A DNA stretch of 64,000 nt from Chlamydiales bacterium (lineage in GTDB: Bacteria; Chlamydiota; Chlamydiia; Chlamydiales; JAAZZY01): the NCBI GenBank assembly GCA_965206695.1, contig CBDBKM010000002.1, forward strand, positions 32,001 to 96,000, given 5' to 3'. The notes beneath the pieces were generated by a model. The model saw only the letters and a list, made by a program, of their open reading frames with translations. It was not told where the DNA came from and did not search any database. This document shows positions 20,210 through 30,279 of this stretch, piece after piece (positions within the stretch are counted from its first letter, which is position 1; each line of letters begins with the position of its first letter). The translations under genes were made by a program, and so were the position numbers.

Positions 20210-20581
20210 ATGGTTGCAAGAACCACAACACGCAAAAGAAAAACAGCGAGTAAACGAACAATGCCTCGTAAAAAGGTCGCTGTTAAAAAAGCTACGACTA
20301 GTAAGAAAACAACTGTTAGAAAAGCTATGAGTAGTAAAAAGGCCGCTATGAAGAAAGCTACTACTCGCAAGAAAACACCTACTAAAAGAGTCTCATCTTC
20401 AAGAAGAAAAAAATCGATGACCAATAGAACGACGAAAAAAATAATGGCTCAATGTGATATGACTTGTCGTGATACTAAGGCAATTTTTGAATCTGATGTT
20501 CAGAAGGGCCTAATGAAGGCTACTCATGATTTGGAAATAGGCATTAAAACATTACGTAAGTGGTTGAAAAAGAAGTTTTAA
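20210..20581 (+). CDS. Histone H1-like basic protein (Hc2/HctB-like)
   Basis: About 75 aa of K/R/T/A-rich repeats (KKVAVKKATTSKKTTVRK) plus a short helical C-terminus; AAGGA ribosome-binding site. Confidence 0.7.
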   Translation: MVARTTTRKRKTASKRTMPRKKVAVKKATTSKKTTVRKAMSSKKAAMKKATTRKKTPTKRVSSSRRKKSMTNRTTKKIMAQCDMTCRDTKAIFESDVQKGLMKATHDLEIGIKTLRKWLKKKF

Positions 20582-20659
20582 ATAAGCCTCTTTAAATAAC
20601 TTACTTATCATACTCTGCTTTTGCGAAGCCAAAAGATAGTATATACTCTTCGCTACTGA

Positions 20660-21094
20660 AGGGTACACAAAAAAATATAAAGTGGGTTGAAGATACACTT
20701 AATGAAACATCCTGATTTTGTTTACCCTATCGTAAAGCACTTTTAAAAAATAATTCGGCATATGAGCTTATCCTAATAGATATCACGGAAACAGCAGTTG
20801 AAAGGCCAAAAAAAACAAAAATATTTCTACTCGTGGCAAAAGAAAAAGTATACCTTAAAGACTCAGGTTATAGTAGATAAGAAAACACGACAGATTATTT
20901 GTACTCCATTTTCTAGTGGCAGAAGACGTGATTTTAGACTGTTTAAGGAATCAAAAATAAAAATTTATCCGGGAATAAACCTATTAACTGATACGGGATA
21001 TCAAGGACTAAAAAAGCTTCATACTAATACCAAATATGCTAAAAAAGATAAGAAAAATAATCCATTTTATCTGATCAGGTTATTAATTAAATGA
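20660..21094 (+). pseudogene. IS5-family (ISL2-like) transposase remnant
   Basis: LIDITETAVERPKK, then QKYFYS..KKKYTLKTQV, DFRLFKES, LTDTGYQG; truncated. Confidence 0.78.
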
Positions 21095-21288
21095 ACCTAT
21101 ATCATATTAATAATGACAGGCTTATGATAGTATTAGACTCTTTATTCTATATTAATAAATTAATGATATTATATTTATATATAAGTAATGAATTATAACA
21201 TTAAAAATACAGTTCAACATTATTCGTATACGGCGCATGAGATCTTCAGGTGATTTATTTTTCCTGAACCTTTTGAACCTTTATTTCT

Positions 21289-21386
21289 TTGACAGCTCCC
21301 AACCTTAAAGGGGAAGGGGTTCCTAATGCAACAACCATTGCTAATTAAGTGTTCGTCTAACAGGATCTTCAAAGATATAAACTACC
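21289..21386 (-). mobile_element. Stand-alone IS605 right end / TnpB omega-RNA scaffold
   Basis: Aligns with 58499-58597 and 14021-14116; ends ...GGTTGGGAGCTGTCAA on the minus strand; no tnpB ORF or left end seen. Confidence 0.8.
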
Positions 21387-21798
21387 AAATACATTTGGCG
21401 TACTTTTCATGAGTAGCTAAGTTGATTTCAATGCCTTCTTCAGGTTCGACTTGAAAGGCCTTATGTTGCACAAAAACTCTTCTTAGACGTTCCTTTTCAT
21501 CAAAAATACATTCAAATGCAAGCCAACCATCAGCAATATAATAAGAAAAGAGAGAGCGATTTAAAAATCGCTCTCTTTTACAAGCAGATCTAAATATTTT
21601 CTCAGCCTGATCCCTCGGCATAAATCGGTTAAGATGAGCCGGAGTATGTGTCGAATCAAATAATAAACTCATAACATCAGTAAAAATCGGGTGATCAGAA
21701 GGCACTTTGATGCCCAAATCACCTGCCACATCTTCCGGCAAAGAAATTGGGTATCGGATACGATAAATTAGTTTAATAAATGCTTGTAAGACGTTCAT
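21382..21798 (-). CDS. Hypothetical protein
   Basis: 138-aa ORF with AAGG upstream; no function recognised. Confidence 0.7.
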   Translation of the reverse strand: MNVLQAFIKLIYRIRYPISLPEDVAGDLGIKVPSDHPIFTDVMSLLFDSTHTPAHLNRFMPRDQAEKIFRSACKRERFLNRSLFSYYIADGWLAFECIFDEKERLRRVFVQHKAFQVEPEEGIEINLATHEKYAKCIW

Positions 21799-22075
21799 AA
21801 CGTTTAAGATTTTCCTTTTGTTAAAAAAACTAATATAGTACCATTTTTGATATAAGACAAGTGAAAATCGTTCCTATTAAATTAATATTACAACTTTTTA
21901 GATTTATATGAAAAACAAAACAACCTTGATTTAAAATTAATAAAAAAAGTCATTAAAATATTAATAAATTTCAGAAGAACTGTTTTCGGTATAGCTCAAC
22001 CGGATAAATATCTTTTATTAAACTAATTATAACATTAAGATTTGCAAAAAAACAAATGAATACATAAATAGCACG

Positions 22076-23089
22076 ATGACTTATTTAAGTAATTTGATTT
22101 TTAATTTTCATGCCATTGTTTTAAAAAAAATACCTCTTATGTTACTGACAGCTTCTCTTCCGGTTATAACATCCTCCGTGCATGCCGAGGAAATTGAAAC
22201 CTCTTCTAAGACAACTGTCTATGAAGGTAATCGTATCAGAATGTTTGTGCCTCACTCTCCTTTAGCATATGGATCTGTACAAATTGAACCTCTTCGTTCT
22301 ATCCAACACTTCAATCAAATGACTGAGGAGGAACACCTTGAATCTTACCAAAGCATGCAAAAAATAATTACTGTCTGGAAACAGAATGATGAGGTTAATG
22401 CCTATTTGATTTATGCTAAAGATTCCCTTGATGAAGAAAATCACTCATTTCATTTCGAATTAGTCCCTTTCTACAAGAATGATTGGAGTTTCGTAAAACA
22501 AGTAAAAATTTTATGGAACATCTGTTTTGGAAGCAGCTCATTAGGCTTACAAAAGAGAATCAATCTCAGTAAGCATTATTCAGACCACTACAATGATAAA
22601 AACATTGATATGATTGAATCATCTGAAAAAACTGATGATGCTTTTTGTCATCCTGAAGTTATTGATAAACAATCCATTTTCTCTTCTCAAAGAGTCAATG
22701 TCTTATATAACTATGCTCCTATCGGTTTTGGTGATAAAAAATGGCACTTTCTCTTTACAACTAAAGAACATCACCAATTTTTTGACCAAATCGATAGCAC
22801 AGAATATTTAGAAACCATCATTCTAATAAATAAAGTCTCTAGTTACTTCAAGGAACAACAACAAGCTAAAACAATGTACCTGTTCCATAAATCCGGTATT
22901 GAAGCCGGACAAACCGTACCTCATTGGCATGCTCATCTAATTTTTAGCCCGAACACTATTCACGATCTTTTGAGCAAATTCTATTTTTTAAAAAATATGA
23001 TATGCCCTTCTTCTCCTCTTCCATTAGACGAATTACAACAAAATGTTCGTTATTTCAAACAAGAATTTGAGCCTCTATCTAATAATTAA
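22076..23089 (+). CDS. HIT-family hydrolase, probably two HIT-like domains
   Basis: C-terminal AGQTVPHWHAH histidine triad; degenerate N-terminal copy (HSFHFEL). Confidence 0.8.
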   Translation: MTYLSNLIFNFHAIVLKKIPLMLLTASLPVITSSVHAEEIETSSKTTVYEGNRIRMFVPHSPLAYGSVQIEPLRSIQHFNQMTEEEHLESYQSMQKIITVWKQNDEVNAYLIYAKDSLDEENHSFHFELVPFYKNDWSFVKQVKILWNICFGSSSLGLQKRINLSKHYSDHYNDKNIDMIESSEKTDDAFCHPEVIDKQSIFSSQRVNVLYNYAPIGFGDKKWHFLFTTKEHHQFFDQIDSTEYLETIILINKVSSYFKEQQQAKTMYLFHKSGIEAGQTVPHWHAHLIFSPNTIHDLLSKFYFLKNMICPSSPLPLDELQQNVRYFKQEFEPLSNN

Positions 23090-23170
23090 AAATGAACAAG
23101 GATACTCTTGTCATGAAATTCTTATTGAGGGTATAAGATTCACTCTTATCACTTCGGTTAAGGGGTAGAT

Positions 23171-23767
23171 ATGTTAGGCATTTTTCTTGATATTGAAACT
23201 TCCGGGTTAAATACAAAGAAACACCGGATCTTAGAAATAGCTATTAAAATTCTGGATTTGGAAACTTTAAATATAGAAAAGTCTTATAGCAGTATTATCA
23301 AACAATCACCTGATATCTGGAAAAGAAGCGATCCTTTTAGTTTAAAAATCAACGGTTTTACCTGGGATCTTGTTTCGACAGGTAAGGATGAAGAACAAGC
23401 CGCTGAAGAAATTAGCGCTCTCTTCCTAAAGAAGCGAATCTTAAGAGAAAATGCTCTCTATATCTGCCAAAATCCATCATTTGATCGAGCCTTCTTTTCC
23501 CAATTAATCGATGTCGATATACAAGAAAAGCACCTATGGCCTTACCATTGGCTTGATTTAGCCTCTATGTACTGGAGTAGGCGTCTACAAAGCTATCAAG
23601 ATAAAATGACTAGTGCTCCTTGGGAAACCGGCGTTTCTAAAGATAGCATCGCATCTCAATATCATCTTCCCAAGGAAAACCAACCTCATCGGGCTATGAA
23701 CGGCGTGGATCATCTTATTTTATGCTACAAAGCTGTTAATTCTAATAACTCGTTTCATCGAGTGTAA
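23171..23767 (+). CDS. DEDDh 3'-5' exonuclease
   Basis: FLDIETSGL, QNPSFDRAF, WLDL, HRAMNGVD. Confidence 0.88.
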   Translation: MLGIFLDIETSGLNTKKHRILEIAIKILDLETLNIEKSYSSIIKQSPDIWKRSDPFSLKINGFTWDLVSTGKDEEQAAEEISALFLKKRILRENALYICQNPSFDRAFFSQLIDVDIQEKHLWPYHWLDLASMYWSRRLQSYQDKMTSAPWETGVSKDSIASQYHLPKENQPHRAMNGVDHLILCYKAVNSNNSFHRV

Positions 23768-24767
23768 CTCGATGTCTGAAAATATGATAAATATAAATAC
23801 TGTATCCTATAACAAGAGGCACACCTATTGCTACAATGATTAGTAATACAACTAACGTTTTCAAAGAAGAAGATGCATTATAGACAGTTAGGCTATTTTG
23901 CAAGAAATCAACACTAGAAGGAACTAATAAAGGAAATGTTCCTAAAGCAAAAAGTATAAATGCAAAAACAATGCTCAAACTTGAAAACATAAAAGCTCTT
24001 CCATCCTTACCTTTATGAATTTGCCTTGGAACATTCAGAATACTTAATAGTGCTAAAATAGGAAAAATAACAAGCCATGGCACTTTAAACATCCCATATA
24101 GCAGATGAGGGACATGAACAAAGACGGTAATGGTTGTGGCGATATAGCATAAAAAGAAAAAGCCAATACACGCCTTAACAACTGTTCTCAACCTCTCATG
24201 AAGCTCCCCTTCTGTTTTCATTATTAAAAAGATAGAGCCATGCATCATAAAAAGTGAAATGGTTGTAATCCCCAATATAATAGTAAATGGGGAAAAGTAA
24301 GAAGCGAAGTTACCTATAAAATTATAGTTCTCATCAAGAGGAATACCGATAACAAGATTGCCTAAAATAATACCAATGCCAAACGTCATAGCTAAACTGG
24401 AAATAAAAAATAGATAATCCCAAATACAACGCCATGTCTTAGACTCTGATTTACTTCTAAATTCTATGCTAACAGCTCTAAAAATGATGCCTCCTATAAG
24501 AATCATCACTAAATCATAAAAGGATGAAAAAATGGTAGCAAAGGCAATTGGAAAACCGGCAAAAAGCCCTCCTCCGATAATAATTAGCCATACTGCATTG
24601 CCATCCCAGACAGGTCCAATCGCATTTAAAAAGATTCTTCTCTCTTCATCTTTTCCTGCCAAAGGATGAAGAATACCTACACCTAAATCAAAACCATCTA
24701 ATATACTAAAATTAATTAGAGAAACTATAATGATGCAGTACCAAAATATCTGAAAACCCTCTAACAT
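23742..24767 (-). CDS. cydB: Cytochrome bd ubiquinol oxidase subunit II
   Basis: ILDGFDLGVG, IGPVWDGNAVW, FRAVSIEFR. Confidence 0.96.
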   Translation of the reverse strand: MLEGFQIFWYCIIIVSLINFSILDGFDLGVGILHPLAGKDEERRIFLNAIGPVWDGNAVWLIIIGGGLFAGFPIAFATIFSSFYDLVMILIGGIIFRAVSIEFRSKSESKTWRCIWDYLFFISSLAMTFGIGIILGNLVIGIPLDENYNFIGNFASYFSPFTIILGITTISLFMMHGSIFLIMKTEGELHERLRTVVKACIGFFFLCYIATTITVFVHVPHLLYGMFKVPWLVIFPILALLSILNVPRQIHKGKDGRAFMFSSLSIVFAFILFALGTFPLLVPSSVDFLQNSLTVYNASSSLKTLVVLLIIVAIGVPLVIGYSIYIYHIFRHRVTLDETSY

Positions 24768-26146
24768 TTTGACTCCTCTACTTTTACTTTCTTGTCTGAA
24801 AACGGATCTCGGTAAGGATCTACAGCGTCGGTGTGATCATCGGGACCATTTCTGATTTTACGATCCAAAAGAAACACAAACATAATAAATAAGAGAATAA
24901 AAATACTGATAAACATAATCAATGAACCTATCACCTGACCTGCAACGATCGATGGTGTTATACCTTGGCTTGTTCTCAAAAGTCCATAAACTAACCAAGG
25001 TTGCCTACCCATTTCAGCTGAAAACCATCCTAGCATATTACCCGTCATCGGACAAATAACTGAAACAACCAAAATGCGTAATATCCATTTACTATCGGTA
25101 AATAGGGTTCCTTTCCACAACTTTACCCAAGCCCAAAGAAGGATAAGAAACATCACACCCCAAAGTATAATCATTAAATGATAGGTTTGAAACACCTGAG
25201 CGGCTAAAGGCCAATCCTCTTTTGGTATCTGATCCAAACCTTGAACAGGGGTTTTAAAATTTCTATACATTAAAAAGCTCAATAGCCCGGGTATCTTTAA
25301 CCCACTACTAACTGTTTGAGTTTCAGGATCAGAATGACCAAAAATATACATAGGGGTATAGGATTCTGTTTTATAAACCCCTTCAAAAGCAGCTAATTTA
25401 GCGGGCTGGGCCCCTCGCGCACTTGAATCTCCTGACCACAATTGAAGTAAAATCGAAATACCACCTAAAATAAGGCCGATTTTCATCGTTTTCTTTGCAA
25501 AATCAATATGCCTATTCTTTAATAAATAATAGGCACTAACACTTAAGATTAAAAATGCTCCTGACAGCCAACAGCCCAGAATTACGTGACCCATACGAGT
25601 TAAGGCGGAAGGGTTAAAAAGTGCGGCCGAAAAACTAGTTAGAACAGCATGAGATTCCGCTCCTTTTCCTACTATCTGATAGCCGGCGGGGGTCTGCATC
25701 CAGGAATTAGCACAAACGATCCAAAAAGCACTTAGATGAGCTCCAAGTGCAACCATACAGGTTGCAAGAAAATGAACTTTAGAGCTTACTTTATTCCAAC
25801 CAAAAAGTAAGATACCTAAAAATCCGGCTTCTAGTGTAAAGGCAAAGATACCTTCTGCTCCCAGGAGACTTCCAAATACATCCCCCACATAACTTGAAAA
25901 GCGTGACCAATTAGTGCCAAAACCAAAAACATTTACCACCCCGGTAGCTACCCCAAGAGCAAAAATCAGAGCAAATATTTTGACCCAAAAACGTGTCATA
26001 TTCTCATAAATTTTACTCTTAGTTATTAAATACATCCCCTCCATCACAATCAAAGCCAACCCTAAACCAATAGTAAGAGGGGGGAAAATATAATGAAATG
26101 AAATGTGGAGAGCAAATTGAACTCTGGAAAGGAATACTACGTCCAT
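24761..26146 (-). CDS. cydA: Cytochrome bd ubiquinol oxidase subunit I
   Basis: SRVQFA..FHYIFPP, GVATG, ANSWMQTPAG, QPAKLAAFEG, AEMGRQPW. Start placed at MDVVFL (26146). Confidence 0.96.
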   Translation of the reverse strand: MDVVFLSRVQFALHISFHYIFPPLTIGLGLALIVMEGMYLITKSKIYENMTRFWVKIFALIFALGVATGVVNVFGFGTNWSRFSSYVGDVFGSLLGAEGIFAFTLEAGFLGILLFGWNKVSSKVHFLATCMVALGAHLSAFWIVCANSWMQTPAGYQIVGKGAESHAVLTSFSAALFNPSALTRMGHVILGCWLSGAFLILSVSAYYLLKNRHIDFAKKTMKIGLILGGISILLQLWSGDSSARGAQPAKLAAFEGVYKTESYTPMYIFGHSDPETQTVSSGLKIPGLLSFLMYRNFKTPVQGLDQIPKEDWPLAAQVFQTYHLMIILWGVMFLILLWAWVKLWKGTLFTDSKWILRILVVSVICPMTGNMLGWFSAEMGRQPWLVYGLLRTSQGITPSIVAGQVIGSLIMFISIFILLFIMFVFLLDRKIRNGPDDHTDAVDPYRDPFSDKKVKVEESKC

Positions 26147-26247
26147 AAATGACACCAATTGTGAAAATGATATTACTATCTTATAAGCGACATCCTGCAT
26201 ATAAGAGCTGGCTGGATATCGTATTGGTATGTTATATTATAAAATAA

Positions 26248-27072
26248 TTGGCAAACAAAAATTTTATTTATCTTATGAAGAAGCATTATCTTATGGGCAT
26301 CCTCAATGTGACACCTGATTCCTTTTTTGACGGCGGTACTTATTGCTCTGCAAATGATGCTATCAAGCATGGAATTGAAATTTATGAACAAGGCGCCGAT
26401 TATATTGATATAGGAGGAGAATCTACACGACCCGGCTCTAAAGAGGTTTCTACTGAAGAAGAATTGCGAAGAGTTATACCGGTTATCCGAGCATTAAAAA
26501 AAGAAGTCCCTATTCCTCTTTCTATAGACACAAAAAAACCGGAAGTTGCTAAGCAAGCTGTCGCACATGGAGTCTCTCTTGTTAATGATATTAGTGGTCT
26601 TTGCAATCCTGAAATGCGAGCATTAGTAGCCGATAGTAAAGTCCGGGTTTGTGTCATGCATATGCAAAATCACCCGGAGACCATGCAACAAAACCCTTCT
26701 TATAACCACGTCATGGATGATCTCGTCGCATGGTTTGAAAACAGAATTGAACTATTATTAAATGACGGAATCAAAAAAGAACAAATCATAATCGATCCGG
26801 GCATCGGCTTTGGAAAAACCGTAGCTCATAACGTTCAAATCTTGCAGAACTTGAAAACGTTTTCAACTTTTGACCTTCCCATTTTATTAGGCGCTTCCCG
26901 CAAGTCATTTATATCTAAAATTCTAAATAAAGAATCACAAGATTTACTTTCAGGCACCTTAGCTGTTAATACATTGGCGTTAATGAATGGAGCGCATTAT
27001 ATTCGAGTACATGATATCATCCCCCATAGAGATACCATTGATGTAATTTCTGCTATACAAAATCAGAATTAA
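26248..27072 (+). CDS. folP: Dihydropteroate synthase
   Basis: MGILNVTPDSFFDGG, DIGGESTRPG, IDPGIGFGK, SRKSFI, IRVHD. The start may be the ATG at 26275. Confidence 0.96.
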   Translation: MANKNFIYLMKKHYLMGILNVTPDSFFDGGTYCSANDAIKHGIEIYEQGADYIDIGGESTRPGSKEVSTEEELRRVIPVIRALKKEVPIPLSIDTKKPEVAKQAVAHGVSLVNDISGLCNPEMRALVADSKVRVCVMHMQNHPETMQQNPSYNHVMDDLVAWFENRIELLLNDGIKKEQIIIDPGIGFGKTVAHNVQILQNLKTFSTFDLPILLGASRKSFISKILNKESQDLLSGTLAVNTLALMNGAHYIRVHDIIPHRDTIDVISAIQNQN

Positions 27073-27101
27073 GGGAATAAAACGAGTAAAGCAACGATAC
27101 C

Positions 27102-27896
27102 ATGATATTTCCCAGTATATATATTCCAATTATTGAGATTCTTGTAATAGCCATTTTATTCAATTGGCTACTCTCATTTTTTTGGAATACGAGAACAATG
27201 GATCTGTTTTTTGGATTCATAGCCTTTGTACTTATCTTTGCTTTTGCTTCCTGGCTACATCTCCCTGTTCTTCAGAAAATCATGTCTCATATTGTTAATG
27301 TTGCCGTTTTAGCTGTTATCATTTTATTTCAACCCGAATTAAGAATTGCGCTTAGTAAACTTAGTCTTAAAGGCAAAAAATATAGAAAAATTACAGAATT
27401 TGATCGCTTTTTAGATACTTTAGCTACCTCGGTTTATCGATTAGCAGATAAACGAACCGGTGCTATTGTTTTGCTCGAAAATAATGATTCGTTAGAAGAA
27501 TTTGCAAAAAAATCTGTGATTTTAGAGTCTAATTTTTCTTCCGAATTACTGGAATCTATTTTTATGACGACAACTCCTTTACATGATGGGGCAGTCATAA
27601 TCCGTAATACGACAATTATTTCAGCAGCAACGATACTTCCTTTAGCTGAAGACACCACACAAATAACCAAGTCAATGGGAACCAGACATAGAGCAGGTCT
27701 GGGATTGAGCCAAATTACCGATGCTGTCATTATAGTTATCTCTGAGGAAACGGGCAAAGTTTCAATAGCACGTGACGGTATTATGACTCGAGGCATCAAA
27801 ATTGATCGATTTAAAGGTATACTAAGAAGCGTTTTTAACTCGCCAAAAATAACTGCATCAACTCGTTTTAATCCTTTAAAGTGGATTAAAGAATGA
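27102..27896 (+). CDS. dacA: Diadenylate cyclase CdaA/DacA
   Basis: Three TM helices, FQPELR, PLHDGAVII, GTRHRA, SEETG. Confidence 0.95.
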   Translation: MIFPSIYIPIIEILVIAILFNWLLSFFWNTRTMDLFFGFIAFVLIFAFASWLHLPVLQKIMSHIVNVAVLAVIILFQPELRIALSKLSLKGKKYRKITEFDRFLDTLATSVYRLADKRTGAIVLLENNDSLEEFAKKSVILESNFSSELLESIFMTTTPLHDGAVIIRNTTIISAATILPLAEDTTQITKSMGTRHRAGLGLSQITDAVIIVISEETGKVSIARDGIMTRGIKIDRFKGILRSVFNSPKITASTRFNPLKWIKE

Positions 27897-29146
27897 AAAC
27901 TTTTTTAAAACAATGGTTTTATCTAAATTGGCAACGTAAATTAGTCGCTTTAATCTTGGCTATTGTCGTATGGATTTTAGTTAATCACGCTATAACAGTA
28001 ACCATCGCACTCCATCATATACCTATTAAGGTTATTCATCTACCACCCGGAAAAACAATAGAGGGCCTAAGACCTGATAGTACCTTGGATCGAGATCTCA
28101 CATTACACATTACAGGTTCAAAACGAGTTTTGGATCATATTACTTCCAGTGATTTAGCGGTCTTAGTCAATGCCGCCAACAAAGGTAATGAATGGATCGT
28201 AACGATAAGAAAAAATGAACTTGTAAGTCTCAATCCATCAATAGACTTGTTTAGAAATATTACTTCCGTGTCTCATGAAAACTTTATCATTAAGCTCAGT
28301 AATTTAATTACAGAAGAAATCCCGGTTTTTATTAGTCAACCTATCGGTTCTCCCCCTGATGGATTTCAATTTCTTGATATTTGGCCACGAAAAATCTTTT
28401 TTAAAGTCAGAGGTCCGGAAGATGAAGTCAAAAAGCTTAAATTAAAAGGTTTGAAACTAACCTTTAATTTAAATGAAATCTCACAACGCACATTAAATGA
28501 GCTTTATAATGAGCAAAAAAACCATCTCCATGACGAAATTAGTTTTCGTATTCCTCAAGCATGGCTAAAAGTTCACCAACCCTCCTTAAAAGAAAAAAAT
28601 ATTGAAATCTTATCTTCCAAAGATACAGAAGTTCTTCGTATTGATTTTATTAAACAACACCTCATCCCTCTCGACACCTACTTACCTATTGAAGTTTTTT
28701 ACCCTTTAAGACTAAGTCGGGAAATAAATCCTCTCAATTTTTATCTTTTACCCAATACAACGATTAAGGAAATCAATGGCATCTCAGTTTTAAATCTTGC
28801 TCTTTACGCTCATAGTGTCAGCCATCAATTTTTAGATACCATTAGAGATAACCTCCAAATAACTATCACTGCCACTCCGAATAAGAATAGGCAGCTTCCT
28901 TGGAGTCTTGAATTTATTAATTTTAAATACTTAGAAGATCGATATGTCAATACAATGTTATCTGATCCTACTGACCCAAAACTGAATCCTTTGTCTCCAT
29001 CTTCAAGAGAAGAATATTTACGTCATCGTTTTCAACGTTATATACAAACCTTTCAATTGTTTATAGCCCCCAATAAGCCCCTAAAAATGAGAATAGAATT
29101 AAAAAATAATGAGATCATTCTCCTTCCGGAGATTGACAATTCATGA
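27893..29146 (+). CDS. YbbR/CdaR-like membrane protein
   Basis: NWQRKLVALILAIVVW anchor; 4-bp overlap with dacA, the usual cdaA-cdaR arrangement. Confidence 0.75.
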   Translation: MKTFLKQWFYLNWQRKLVALILAIVVWILVNHAITVTIALHHIPIKVIHLPPGKTIEGLRPDSTLDRDLTLHITGSKRVLDHITSSDLAVLVNAANKGNEWIVTIRKNELVSLNPSIDLFRNITSVSHENFIIKLSNLITEEIPVFISQPIGSPPDGFQFLDIWPRKIFFKVRGPEDEVKKLKLKGLKLTFNLNEISQRTLNELYNEQKNHLHDEISFRIPQAWLKVHQPSLKEKNIEILSSKDTEVLRIDFIKQHLIPLDTYLPIEVFYPLRLSREINPLNFYLLPNTTIKEINGISVLNLALYAHSVSHQFLDTIRDNLQITITATPNKNRQLPWSLEFINFKYLEDRYVNTMLSDPTDPKLNPLSPSSREEYLRHRFQRYIQTFQLFIAPNKPLKMRIELKNNEIILLPEIDNS

Positions 29147-30279
29147 AAATGACGATCTTAAAAAGCAATCTATCTTATTTTGGAGGATTGGAAAAATATG
29201 CCTTAAGGGTCGCACATGCTTTTAGCGATCAAGGTTGCGAGGTTAACTTATTAACAACAGGTGACTTGCCTCCTATAGATTTTAAAACTATCACACCCGT
29301 TAAAGTCGGTACACCGGGCTCAATTAGCCTTCTTAATCTTAAAGAATTTGATAGAAATTGTTACCGCTGGTGCAATGAAAACCAAAGCGACATTATTTTC
29401 GGATTTGATCGTAATCGATATCAAACGCATTATCGTGCCGGAAATGGCGTTCACGCAGCCTATTTACAAAGGCGCAAACATATAGACTCTTTTTTCCGTT
29501 GTTTATCATTTTCGATCAACCCCCTTCACCGCTATATCTTACAGACCGAAATGCAGATGTTCAATCACCCTGCTCTTAAATTGCTTTTTACAAATTCTCA
29601 AATGGTACGAGACGAGTTATTATCTTATTATCAAATTGATGAGAAGAAAATCAAAGTTGTTCATAATGGTGTCAACTGGAACGACATGCAAAGTGACTTC
29701 GACCATTATGAAGAACAACGACGAGCGCTGCAAAATAAAATGGGCTTAGATCCTAATGCCTTTCAATTTCTATTCGCCGGAAATGGATATAAAAGAAAAG
29801 GGTTACCTCTTTTGCTTAAAGCTCTTAACAGACTTAAAACTAAACACTTTCAACTAATGGTAGTAGGTAGAGATAAAGAACTGAAGTATTTCTCACATTT
29901 AGCAAAAAAATATAACCTTAACGATCAAGTATTCTTTCATGGATACCGGAAAGACTTACTTCCTTTTTATAAAGCAGCAGATGCATTGATTATTCCTTCT
30001 CTTTATGACCCCTTTGCCAGTGTTACATTAGAAGCACTTAGTATGGGATTATTTGTCATTTCATCTAAGTATAATGGAGCACATGAAATATTAACTAACG
30101 AAAGCGGTTGCCTTATTCCTGATCTTTTTGATATTGAAGCATTTACTTATAGCTTAGAAAATGCTTTAAAATTCCCAAAAAACAAGAAACAGGCGACTAA
30201 TATTCGCAATACTATTAAACATTTAGATTTTTCAAAACAACTTCATGAAATTGTTGACCAAACCCTTAAAAACTATTAA
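29143..30279 (+). CDS. Glycosyltransferase family 4 (LPS core, WaaG-like)
   Basis: GGLEKY, RKGL, PSLYDPFASVTLEALSMG. Confidence 0.88.
   Translation: MKMTILKSNLSYFGGLEKYALRVAHAFSDQGCEVNLLTTGDLPPIDFKTITPVKVGTPGSISLLNLKEFDRNCYRWCNENQSDIIFGFDRNRYQTHYRAGNGVHAAYLQRRKHIDSFFRCLSFSINPLHRYILQTEMQMFNHPALKLLFTNSQMVRDELLSYYQIDEKKIKVVHNGVNWNDMQSDFDHYEEQRRALQNKMGLDPNAFQFLFAGNGYKRKGLPLLLKALNRLKTKHFQLMVVGRDKELKYFSHLAKKYNLNDQVFFHGYRKDLLPFYKAADALIIPSLYDPFASVTLEALSMGLFVISSKYNGAHEILTNESGCLIPDLFDIEAFTYSLENALKFPKNKKQATNIRNTIKHLDFSKQLHEIVDQTLKNY

Noticed and set aside
20182..20424. Very hydrophobic 80-aa minus-strand ORF
   Set aside because: Antisense of the lysine-rich histone-like gene (AAA codons read as TTT).
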